The translations under genes and the position numbers were made by a program. A stretch of 64,000 nt of DNA from Chiloscyllium plagiosum (Eukaryota): NCBI RefSeq assembly GCF_004010195.1, contig NC_057720.1, positions 12,854,051 through 12,918,050 of the forward strand, read 5' to 3'. This document shows, one piece after another, positions 51,186-62,254 of the stretch (positions are counted from its first letter, which is position 1; the number at the start of each line of letters is the position of its first letter). Below the pieces are notes generated by a model that saw only the letters and a program-made list of their open reading frames with translations, was not told the origin of the DNA and searched no databases.

Positions 51186-53759
51186 GTGTGGGAGATCATG
51201 CCTCACAAATTTGTTACAGTTCTTTGATGAGGTTACCAAGAAGGTTGGTGAGGGCAGGGTGGTAGACATAGTCTATATGGATTTCAGTAAGGCCTTTGAA
51301 AAGGTTCCACACGGTAGGCTGCTCTGAAAGGATAGATCGTATAGAATCCAGGGGGAACTGGCAAATTAGATACGTATCTGTCTTAATGGTAGGAAGCAGA
51401 GAGTTATAGTGAAAGGGTGCTTGTCAGACTGGAGGCCTGTGATTAGTCGAGTGCCTCAGGGGTTGGTGAGGGCCCCATTGCTGCTTGCTATCTATATCAG
51501 TGATTTGGATGAGAATGCCCAAGGAATGATCAGTAAGTTTGCAGATGACTCTAAAAGGGGAAGTATCTTGTACAGTGAGGAAGGGTAACAGATACTGCAG
51601 CAGGACGTTGATCATCGGGGGAAGTGTGCCAAGAGGTGTCAAATGGAGTTCAATGTGGATAAGTGTGAGGTCTTGCATTTTAGTAAGTCAAATCAAGTTA
51701 GGGGTTTCATGCTTAATTGTAAGTCATTAAGGGGTGTAGTGGAACAGAGGGACCTTGGAGATCAGGCGCACATTCTCTGAAATTGGAGTCACAGGTAGAC
51801 AAGGTGGTGAAGAAGTCTTTTGGCACACTGGCCTTCATCGGTCAGGGCACTGAATATAGACATTGGGAAATTGCAGCTGTACAGGACACTGGTGAGGCCG
51901 CACTTGGAGTATGGTGTTCAATTTTGGTCACCTTGCTACGAACTGGATAGAGTGCAGAAGAAGTTTACAAGGATGTTGCCAGGACTCAATGGTCTGAGTT
52001 ATAGAGAGAGGTTGGATAAGTAAGGACTTTTTTCTTTAGAGTGTAGGAGATTGAGAGGGAATCTTATAGAAGTGTGTAAAATCATGAGAGGCACGGTTAG
52101 TGTGAATGCACTCAGCCTTTTATCCAGGGTTGGGGAATCGAGGACTAGAGGGCATCAGTTTATGTTTAGAGGTGATGAATATAAGAGAACCTGAGGGGCA
52201 AAGCTTTTACTCAGAGGGTGGTAAGTCTATGGAATAAGCTGCCAGCAGAAGTGGTTGAGGCAGGTGCATTAACAACATTTAAAAGGCATTGGGACAAATA
52301 CATGGATAGAAAAGGTTCAGAAGAATGTGGGACAAGTGCAGGGTTGATGTGGATGGACATTTTGGTTGTCATGGACCGGTTTGGGCCAAAGGGCCTGTCT
52401 TTGTGCTGTAGGACTCAATGACTCTCATGTACAGGGATGCCTTGACAATGGTACATGGTTTTATGGTGTGGTAAACCACTGAGTTGTGAGCTCTCCATAT
52501 CCTTTGGGTGCTATCTGCTTTGCTTCCTACTGTGGCTGGAATGGTACTTCACATGATGCCTAAACCTTTGTAGCATTCATTGCAGAAGATTCTCCCAGCC
52601 TTTACAGTCCATGAAAAGCTAAATAATGGTGTTGGGCAATGGGGGATGGGAAATGTAAACACGAATGAGTTTACTGACCCCTTCCTTACTGTGATAAAAG
52701 ATTGCATTCTACTGTTGCATGTCGTTCTTCACAGTGTTTTAACACAATGGTCAAAATCTTGTGCCTTCCTTCCACCACCTTCTCTCCTCCAGCCTGGTAA
52801 ATCCATGGCAGGATGGCATTTCAATGGTGCCCTTGATGTTCACTCAAGGGTAATGTCCCACCACCATTGGTGTTCAACAGAAAGGTGGGCAGAATACCCA
52901 CTAAGTGGGGAAGCCACCATGCAAACCTTCAAAGGTTTACTTGCAGGCATCTGGGGATAGGCCCTCTTTCAAAGTCACTCGGTGCCTGAACAAGGGGCTA
53001 AATGTTAAGAAGGGGGTAGTCTGCTGACTGCCAATCTTTCTCCACTTTCTGCCAACTTTCCTCACCCAGTTACCGTCCTTCCTCCTTTTCCACCATCATT
53101 CACCTTTCTTCCTGGGTTCATTGTTTATTCAAAGCCTCGTTTATGTGTCATACCGGCAACAGCCACCACCTAGGTCCTGGCACTGCTGAATCAAGAGGAG
53201 CAACTCCGCTCTGATTGGCTGGCAGCTTCATGCTCACACTCTTCCCACCCCTCTCAGGGTCCTTCATCCTGGACCAAGGATGGCTTGGTAAATGCCCAAT
53301 TTGAGCAAGATACACTGAGTATTCTTGAAAAGATGTGGCACTGGGGTCACGCATGCTGATACCCATAGTTGAGATCACTGTTGCCTCCTCAAATTCCCAT
53401 CAGTAACTCCAACTCAATGTAAAATAATTTTTTAATGCCGTCTAGTTTATTCCGTTTGATAATTATGTGTTGGCCCTTGGACATGCATCATTGTAAGCTC
53501 TTTATACATTACAGTTTAAAATTAAAACTAACTGACCTAACCCTAGCTTTATTTTAGCTGATGGGCCCATGAGACAAGTCAGATCCCAGAATGAAATCTG
53601 GCTTCATTGTTTTTTGCTTTGGTTTAGCTGACTGCCTTAAATCCATTGTCAATGTAATTCCAGGCACATTCAGGGTTATCCAGCAATTGTTGTCCAATCT
53701 CAAAGGGTTGAGCAAGAAGTGAAGCTATCTGTTTTCCTTTCTTACTGTGCAGTAATAAC

Positions 53760-54185
53760 ACGAATGGTGTTCACCAACAAATACATACTGACATCAAACC
53801 AAAAACACAGTGTCTGATATTAGATGTGAGTTTGCTATTGGACTACATTTGCTAGATAAGCTGGAGTGTGCGGAATTATGCAAATAACCGGTTTAAGGTA
53901 GTCCATCAGGCTCGCAGTGTGGACTGGAAGTTCCATGTAATAACACACCACGCCCTTGACAGACAGAAATTACATGTACACGCCTTGTTCCTACTGCAAC
54001 TCAACAAGTAGGTGACAGCCGGTCATTGGTTAATTTCTCAGGGTCTGACCAATTAGAAACAAACCATTTGGTTAAAAATTTAACAGAGCTGGCTGTTTGC
54101 TGTCAATCAATATTAATGAGTATATTTTCATGGCAATGCCTCTAACAATCAGAGACCACTTGCTAACCAACTGGCACTCTCCCCT
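53760..54185 (+). mobile_element. Ancient Penelope-like endonuclease 3' remnant
   Basis: Frame pieces resembling AIGLHLL...EC...Y.NN.FK...AR and RQK.HVHAL. Confidence 0.45.
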
Positions 54186-54189
54186 GATA

Positions 54190-55820
54190 GAGTCATAGAG
54201 CCATAGAGATGTACAGCATGGAAACAGACCCTTCGGCCAATCCGTCCATGCTGATCAGATATCCCAACCAAACTAGTCCCACCTGCCAGCACCCGGCCCA
54301 TATCCCTCCAAATGCTTCCTATTCATATACCCATCCAGATGTCTTTTAAATGTTGCAATTGTACCAGCCTCCACCACTTCGTCTGGCAGCTCATTCCATA
54401 CACGTACCACCCTCTGTATGAAAAAGTTGCCCCTTAGGTCTCTTTTATATCTTTCCCTTCTCACCCTAAACCTATGCCCTCTAGTTATGGACTCCGCAAC
54501 CCCAAAGAAAAGACTTTGTCTATTTATCCTATCTGATGTGGTATAAATATTGAAATCCCCTTGATTTTGTATTCTTGTGTGAGATACAAGATGAGAAACA
54601 GAAGAACAATGAACAATACAGCACAGGTCCAGGCCCTTCTGTCCTCCAAGCCTGCACTGACACCTCTCACCCTTACATGCTAAAACTGTTGTCATTTACA
54701 AGATCCATATTCCTCTCTTCCCTTCCTATTTATGTATTCGTCCAGGCACTTCTTAAATGCTGCTACTGTGTCTGCTTCCACCACCTCCCCTGGCAGTGCA
54801 TTCCAGGCACTCACCACCCTTTGTGTGAAAAACTTGCCTCACACATCTCCCACCCCCCGCACCTTGAACCTTTGTGCCCTAAAAATTGACCCCTCTACCC
54901 TGGGAAAAAGCCTCAAACTTTCACTCTCTCCATGCCATTCACAATCTAATAAACTTCTATAAGGCACCCCCCAATCTTCTGCATTCCAGTGAAAACAAAC
55001 ACAGTCTATCCAACCTTTCTTCATTGCTAAAATCTTTCATCTCAGACAACATCCTGGGGTAAACATTTTCTGTTTGCTCTCAAAAGCATCCACATCCTTC
55101 TGGTAATGTGGTGACCAGAACTGTACACAATTTTCCAAGGGCAGCCTGATTAAAGTTCTATAAAGCTGGAGCATAACTTCCCTATCCTTATATTCAATCT
55201 GCCTTTTTTTTCGCATTACCCAAGTTCTGTACAACTTAGAATATATTATATTTATTATATTATTATATAAATTACACATCTTTCATTCCAGTATCTTATG
55301 TGTTCATATTTGTTTATAGGTTCTCAAACAACACAATCCACCTAAACTTTTGCTGTATTATAAAAAACTTTTCCTCGTGCTACATTTGCCCCACAGAACC
55401 ATCCATGATGTTCATATGTTTGTTCTTTTCACAAGGAGGTGGTCACACCTGGTCAAACCAGCAAAACCTTACTAGAACAAAGAACAAAGAAAGTTTACAG
55501 CCCTAGAACAGGTCCTTCAGCTCTCCAAGCCTGAGCCGATCCAAATCCACTGCCTAAACCTATTGCTCAATTCCTAAGCATCTATATCCCTATGCTGTCC
55601 AGACGCATCTTAAATGAATCTACCGTGCCTGCTTCTACAACCTCTGCTGGCAACACGTTCTAGGCATCTACCACCATCTGTGTAAAGTACTATCTGCATG
55701 TATCCCCCTTAAACTTTTCACTCTTTCCTTGACCGCGTGACCTCTCGTTATTGAATCCCTCACCGTGGGAAAAAGCTTATCTCTATCCACCCTGCCTATA
55801 CCCTTCATGATCTTGTAGAA
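54190..55820 (-). mobile_element. Three CR1 3'-end fragments (about 54190-54535, 54600-55200, 55473-55820)
   Basis: Reverse-strand 3' ORF2/UTR and family-specific tandem tails. Confidence 0.8.
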
Positions 55821-56144
55821 TTATAGAATCCCTTATAACAACTACTTGTCTTTTTGATCCCCCCTCTTGAATGGCCACTGCCAAAATATATACCTGAAGG
55901 TAAGTTTTTATATTTAAAAATTACCTTCCCATCAGGCCTCTGGTTCTGGCTGTCGCTCCCTCCACTCCAACTGCCACCAAAATGCGCTGAAGCATGGGTT
56001 GCTCTGCTCTCCTGCCACAAACCAAGACGCCCCTGTTTACCTCAGGTTCCACACTTTACCTCGGTTTAGGAAGTCACCCTTGTTTAGTTTAGATGTGAAC
56101 ACATTAATTTCTTCTCTCTCTTCTTTCATTTCTCCTTTTCACAG

Positions 56145-56543
56145 CATCCCCGCTATGAGATGAGAATGAGTGACCACCTCCTCCAGCTACGGGACAACTT
56201 CACAGCAGCTGCCCTGGTTAACCTCACCAACTTGAATCCACGTCCATTTGGCTCAAGGGAAACATTCACATTTGTTCCCAAAAACACGGAACTGCAAAAC
56301 GGGACAACGCTCTACTTCGCACTCTGCGCCTACGATAAACAGGAACAGTCATCTGAAATGTCTAATGTGGCCAAGGTTTATGTCTTTGTACCTGCACCTC
56401 TGGTTGAGCACCCAAAAGGCAGTAGTGTATGGAAGGTGATTTGGATTGCGATTGTTGTTGCAATTCTGGTGTGTTTGATCATTGGGATTGTCAATTACCT
56501 GGTTCAGAAAAAATGCATAAGTAGAACTTTTGCACTAGTTTAA
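56145..56543 (+). CDS. CLCA: CLCA last exon (canonical 14): FnIII C-terminal part, TM helix and short tail; +1 base near its start
   Basis: Long polypyrimidine tract then cacag|CATCCCCGCTATGAG; RYEMRMS...LRDNF...NGTTLYFA...SEMSNVAKV; TM VIWIAIVVAILVCLIIGIVNYLV; stop TAA at 56541-56543. Confidence 0.92.
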   Translation, partial: HPRYEMRMSDHLLQLRDNFTAAALVNLTNLNPRPFGSRETFTFVPKNTELQNGTTLYFALCAYDKQEQSSEMSNVAKVYVFVPAPLVEHPKGSSVWKVIWIAIVVAILVCLIIGIVNYLVQKKCISRTFALV

Positions 56544-56826
56544 CATCCTTGCTGGAGGAATGAGTAGGTAGCATGCAATTAATTGGTCTAATTATTCAAA
56601 CACTCAATCAGATTACACTGTATATTGTAAAGATTTTGTACTGAGGGATTGTAGTCCATGAATGTCCATGGTATATCTCCAATATTCATGCTATTTTACA
56701 GGGATTTCACAGCTTTTCTACCAATGTTGTAGTGCACCTTTCCTCATTGTTTCTTGCTTAGCTGATTGACTGTCCAGTCGGTGAGATGGTGAGCAAATGT
56801 GTCAGGGAAGAAAAGAGAAGAACAGC

Positions 56827-56832
56827 AATAAA
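56827..56832 (+). promoter_or_regulatory. Candidate polyadenylation signal AATAAA for the CLCA gene
   Basis: AATAAA about 285 nt after the stop codon; no transcript evidence. Confidence 0.35.
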
Positions 56833-57179
56833 GGGATTCTGACTGGCTGAGCCAGAAAGTGAAATTTAGCATCACTGATGACCTGACAGCAAAGGTGGAG
56901 CTATTGTGGATGAGTTAGGAATTTGGGAATGATAGGAGTCCTATAGCAGTGGAATAATTATGTTTAGTGCTACAGATGGAGAGAGATGTGGGAGAATTTC
57001 TCCCTTTTCTCATCTCTTGGCTGATTGCAACTTAAGATATACCGTGTTTCATCACTTTGTAACTTCAAAGCACATGCACGGAACCTTGTTAGATTAAATC
57101 AAAAGAACTGATGACAATTTATTTCTCACATTATCTGAACTGTAATCATAACATACCCAACCTTACACACACTCACACG

Positions 57180-57939
57180 TGTGACAATGCTGTCACTTTA
57201 GGAGGTTATTTTTTTCTGTTTTTGTTTTGAAACGAGCTTGTAAGGTAAAGGTACCAAATTTGCTACTGAAGACCAAGTAAACAGATTGGGAGGCCTTGGT
57301 GTTTTTCTTAAAAAACAGCTTGAATGGGTGTGGCCAGATCTCACAGATCCAGGTGTCTGGAATTCGGGTTTGTCAGTAACATCAAAAGATATTGGGGTGT
57401 CAAAAGAGTTGGAAGCTTCAGTGAATGTCTCTTGGCTGCTACTCTCTCTCAATCTTCTCTTGATATTTTTTCCTCCTGGATTAGAGAAACGGATGTGAGA
57501 ATTTGGCTGAAATTTCTTTTTTCCTAAGGGGTATATTTATGGAGATGTTATTATATTGGAACAATTAATTAGTAATAGTTACTGTATCTGTTATTCTGAT
57601 AAGTTTCCAAAACAGTTGTTATTCTAAATTCCTCTTTCTTTGGCTGTATTTTAACTACAGTGTTATATAATTGCTTCATGTCGAGTAGTTTGACCAGTTG
57701 TTTTGCATTTGAGGCACTTTACATTTGCTTTTACAATAAGAAAACATTAGAGTCTAGTTTACCTACTTAAAATATTTTTGAGGGAGTCTGGTCTGACGTA
57801 TTGTAAACTGGGGACTCTTGCATCGATCGAAATCTAGAATTCCCAAGGCATTTTACAATTGCCTTCATAAGAAGAAAATGTTAGGGACTAGTCTTCCTTC
57901 TTAAAATATTCCTAAGGGTGTCTGGTATGGTCCAGAACA
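57180..57939 (+). mobile_element. Internally deleted Gypsy-type LTR retrotransposon (5' LTR, PBS-like site, 3' LTR tip)
   Basis: TG...CA termini; 4-bp TSD cacg at 57176-57179 and 57940-57943; LTR end duplicated (about 57724-57803 vs 57858-57939). Confidence 0.7.
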
Positions 57940-58269
57940 CACGCACACACAAAACATAAACGCATGGGAAACGATAATTTCTAAAACGATAACATGCACT
58001 TTGATGACTAAATAGGTCAAAGAAACAGACTTTTCTGCTACCCTTACAGTTCATTTTTTTAACACTGTACGTCAACCAAAGGCTGTTGTCAGGCAGAAGT
58101 AATGAAAATCAAAAAACTCTCAGTGCCACCGAGTCTTGAATCCTCCCTCACACTGCTTCAAAAAGTAACACGGTATTGCGCAACTCAAAAAATATGCAGC
58201 ACTTAATATTGATTTACAAAACGTTCCTGGTATTTCAGTTCTAGTAGTTCAATTTATCTTTAATTCCAC

Positions 58270-60477
58270 ACAACATAGAAGCACAATTAGCTGCTCAGCC
58301 CTCTGAGTCTGCTCCACCATTCAATACGGTCACAGCCAATCTGATAATTCACAACTCCACTTTTCTGCCTTTTTCCCCACAACCCTCGGTTAAAAATTTA
58401 TCTCAGCCTTGATTATGATTAGTGACCCAGCCTCAACAGCCCTCTGGGGTCAAGAATTACATGACTCACTACCCTCAGAGAAGAAATCCTTCCTTATGTC
58501 TGCCTTAAATGTGCGGCCCTCTATTCTGACATTATGCCATCTGGTCCGAGACTCTCCCACAAGGGGAAAGAACCTCTCTGCATCTATCATGTCACATCTC
58601 CTGAGAAGCTTGTGTGTTTCAACAAGGTCACCTCATTCTTCTCTGGTGTAATGATACAAGTCCAATCTACTCAATCACTTCTCATGAGACAGGCCCTCCA
58701 CAACAGGATCAATCTCCGATCCTTCTCTCAACTCTCTTTAATGCCAATACATCTTTCATTAGATATGGGGCCCAAAACTGTTCACATTATTCCAGCCATG
58801 GTCCACTTAGTGCCTTGCATAGTTCTAGTGAAACTTTCCTACTTTTGTACTCATTTCCGTTGAAATAAAGGTCAATGTTCTATTTGTGTCCCCTTTACCT
58901 TCTCAACTTGGATGTGAGCCTTTTGTGCTTCATGGATGAAGACTTCAAATCCCTCTGTTCTGAGACTTTCTGCAGTCTTTCTTCATTTTAATAACATTTA
59001 ACTCCACTATCCTTCCTGCCAAAGTGCATAACTTCACATTTTCCTACTTTATATGCTCAGTTTTTGTCCATTCATGTAACCTGACTGTGTCACTCTGCAG
59101 ACTCTGTCATACCCACCACTCACCTTCCCACCTATACTTTTGTGTCAGTCACAAACTGGGTGGTAGTACATTCACCTTCCTCATCCAGATCATCAATATC
59201 TATTGTGAATCATTGTGGCAACAACATGGACTCTTGTAGCACACCACTCATTACGGGTTGCCAACCTCAAAATGTACCCCTTCTGCCAACTTCATCTTTT
59301 CAAGCAAACCCTCTATCCATGCCAATGTACTATCTCCAACACCATGGGCTCTATTTTATTAAATAGTCTAATATGTGGTAAATTGTCAAATGCATTCTTA
59401 AAATCCAAATATGCAACAGCCACTACTTATCATTTATCCTCCTTGTTAACTAGAACATAGAACACAGAACAGTACAGCACAGTACAGGCCCTACGGTCCA
59501 TAACGTGGTGTTGAGCATTTATCTTAGTCTAAGAACACGTGTAGTCTAACCTACACATCCCTCAATTTACTGCCATCCATGTGCTTGTCCAGCAGTCACT
59601 TAAATGTCCCTAATATCTCTAAATCTACTGCTATCGCTGGCAGTGCATTCCACTCACCTAGTACTCCCTGTATACCTTCTTCCAATCATTTTAAAATTAT
59701 CACCCTTTGTGACAGCCATTTCTGCTCTGAGGAAAAGTCTCTGGCTATCTACTCGATCTATGCTTCTCATTATTTTGTACACCTCTATCAAGCCAACTCT
59801 CTTCCGTCTTCTCTCCAACGTGAAAAGCACCAGTTCACTCAACCTCTCTTCATAAGATAAGCTCTCCAATCCAGGCAGCATCTTGGTAAATCTCCACTGC
59901 ACCCTCTCTGAAGCATCTACACCCTTACTGTAATGAGGCGACCAGAACTGGACACAATATTTCCATGTGTGGCCTAAAAAGGGTTTTATAGAGCTGCACC
60001 TAAACATCACAGCTCTGAAACTCAACCCTGCGGTTATTGAAAGCCAAAACACCATACACCTTTTAACAACCCTATCAACTTGAGTGGCAACTTTGAGGGA
60101 TCTATGTACTTGGACTCCAAGGTCCAGCTGTTCACACTGCCAAGAATCCTGTCTCTAACCATGTATTCAGTATTCAAATTCGATCTTCCAAAATGAATCA
60201 CTTTGCATTTATCCAGGTTGAATTCCATCTGCCACTTCTCAGCCAGCTCTGTATCTTGTCAATGTCTTGTAACCTGCAACAGTCTTCTACACTACCTACA
60301 ACACCACCAACCTTTGTGTTATCAGCAAACTTACTAACCTACCCTTCCGCTTCTTCATCCAAATTTATAAAAACTACAAAGAGCAGAATCCCAAGAACAG
60401 ATCCCTGTGGGACACCACTGGTCACTGACCTCCAGGCAGAATACTTTCCATCCACTACCACTCACTGTCTTCTTTCG
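58270..60477 (-). mobile_element. Old CR1-type LINE fragment (to about 59450) followed by a younger CR1 3' half running into a gap
   Basis: [24 protein letters not shown] and the PQGS/FAD region on -. Confidence 0.82.
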
Positions 60478-61125
60478 NNNNNNNNNNNNNNNNNNNNNNN
60501 NNNNNNNNNNNNNNNNNNNNNNNNNNNNNNNNNNNNNNNNNNNNNNNNNNNNNNNNNNNNNNNNNNNNNNNNNNNNNNNNNNNNNNNNNNNNNNNNNNNN
60601 NNNNNNNNNNNNNNNNNNNNNNNNNNNNNNNNNNNNNNNNNNNNNNNNNNNNNNNNNNNNNNNNNNNNNNNNNNNNNNNNNNNNNNNNNNNNNNNNNNNN
60701 NNNNNNNNNNNNNNNNNNNNNNNNNNNNNNNNNNNNNNNNNNNNNNNNNNNNNNNNNNNNNNNNNNNNNNNNNNNNNNNNNNNNNNNNNNNNNNNNNNNN
60801 NNNNNNNNNNNNNNNNNNNNNNNNNNNNNNNNNNNNNNNNNNNNNNNNNNNNNNNNNNNNNNNNNNNNNNNNNNNNNNNNNNNNNNNNNNNNNNNNNNNN
60901 NNNNNNNNNNNNNNNNNNNNNNNNNNNNNNNNNNNNNNNNNNNNNNNNNNNNNNNNNNNNNNNNNNNNNNNNNNNNNNNNNNNNNNNNNNNNNNNNNNNN
61001 NNNNNNNNNNNNNNNNNNNNNNNNNNNNNNNNNNNNNNNNNNNNNNNNNNNNNNNNNNNNNNNNNNNNNNNNNNNNNNNNNNNNNNNNNNNNNNNNNNNN
61101 NNNNNNNNNNNNNNNNNNNNNNNNN

Positions 61126-61296
61126 CTTCCCTCCCTCCATCCTCCCCCAATCCTCCATCCTTCCTCCCTCTCTCCATCCTGCTGTTCATCCCATCATCCT
61201 CTCTCCTTCCTTCCCTCCCTCCATCCATCCTCCCTCCCTCCCTCCATCCATCCATCCTCCTTCCTTCCCTCCCTCCATCCTCCTTCCTTCCCTCCC
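61126..61296. repeat. Pyrimidine-rich (CCCT/CCTT/CCAT)n low-complexity tract next to a gap
   Basis: Direct inspection. Confidence 0.9.
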
Positions 61297-61435
61297 GAGT
61301 TTTTATCGGTTTGATGCCTCGATCCCAGCATTGGCCTCGACTGTGTCTTCATCCAGATCCCAGCTTCCCGTCAGATTCCCGGTCCTGGATTCCTGCTGCT
61401 ATCCAATCCACCACCCCGATTCCCCTCCTTGCTAG

Positions 61436-62250
61436 GTATAGGTGATTTTCCTCTACTCTGCGTAATTCCTCTGTACTGCAGTATTTGGTGGCTTGTTGAA
61501 ATAAAAAGACCACCTATTAGTGTATTCAAAACGATTGGGTACCCAATCAACACAGTCCGCCGATTCTTCAGCAGCAAACCCAAACAAGCAGACAAAACGC
61601 ATCCAGAAACTCTAGCCACTCTCCCCGACATCAAAGACATCTCAGAAATGACTGCCAGACTACTCAGACCCCCTGGCATTATGGTAGCCCACAAACCCAC
61701 CAACACACTAAAACAGCAGCTAATGAACTTGCAAGACCCTATACAGCCAACAAGCAAAACTAATGTCATTTACAAAATACCATGCAAGGACTCTCACAAA
61801 CACTACATTGGACAAACAGGCAGAAAACTAGCAACCAAGATACATGAACATTAACTAGCCACAAAACGACATGACCCTCTCTCACTAGTATCCTTACATA
61901 CAGATAAGGAAGGACACCACTTCAACTGGGACAACACATTCATCATAGGACAAGCCAAACAGAGACACACACGAAAATTCCTAGAAGCATGGCATTACAA
62001 CCAGAACTCTATCAACAACAACATTGATTTGGACTCTATTTAACACCCCCTTAGAAAAAGAACAGGAAATGAAATCACCATAGGAAGTGACATCACCACT
62101 GGATATGACATCATCAACCCACGGAAACCTAAACATATAAATAGAAAGCAGGAAACCTAGCCTGAAGGTGGTGACAAGATGTCTGAAAATGAACTTTCTA
62201 GCTCAGCGAGCAAACTTACACCCAGAACCTCAACCTGAACTACAAATCTT
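61436..62250 (+). mobile_element. Penelope-like second-family 3' part (GIY-YIG) with a short inverted 5' piece
   Basis: NVIYKIPCKDSHKHYIGQTGRKL; 61436-61503 reads LFQQATKYCSTEELRRVEENHLY on -. Confidence 0.85.
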
Positions 62251-62254
62251 GATA

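Larger units (their letters stand above)
48190..52425 (+). mobile_element. CR1 LINE ORF2 in CLCA intron 12 hosting a nested Penelope, a SINE and a mini-element
   Basis: GEHFGTSDHSSI, KSPGPDQIYPR, LVRPHLEYGVQFWSP. Confidence 0.9.
21995..56543 (+). pseudogene. CLCA: CLCA-family (calcium-activated chloride channel regulator / zinc metalloprotease) gene, membrane-anchored type, apparently disrupted; exons equivalent to canonical 3-12 and 14
   Basis: 11 GT-AG exons with matching phases encode CLCA motifs: [65 protein letters not shown] and a C-terminal TM. Exon 7 has a frameshift plus TGA, exon 13 is not found and exon 14 has a +1 base. Family call is strong; pseudogene status assumes the assembly is correct. 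Confidence 0.8.

Noticed and set aside
53221..53290. GSFMLTLFPPLSGSFILDQG, superficially like CLCA exon 13 motifs
   Set aside because: Spacing is far too short, there is an in-frame stop just upstream and no suitable splice sites; likely chance.
55436..55905. Acceptor-like site near 55435 and strong donor gaag|gtaagt at 55899 as a CR1-split exon 13
   Set aside because: No frame resembles CLCA; stops in all joined frames, including TGA at 55855 in the phase-0 frame.
56532..56540. C-terminal ...ALV as a PDZ-binding motif
   Set aside because: Weak match, and out of frame in the assembled gene.
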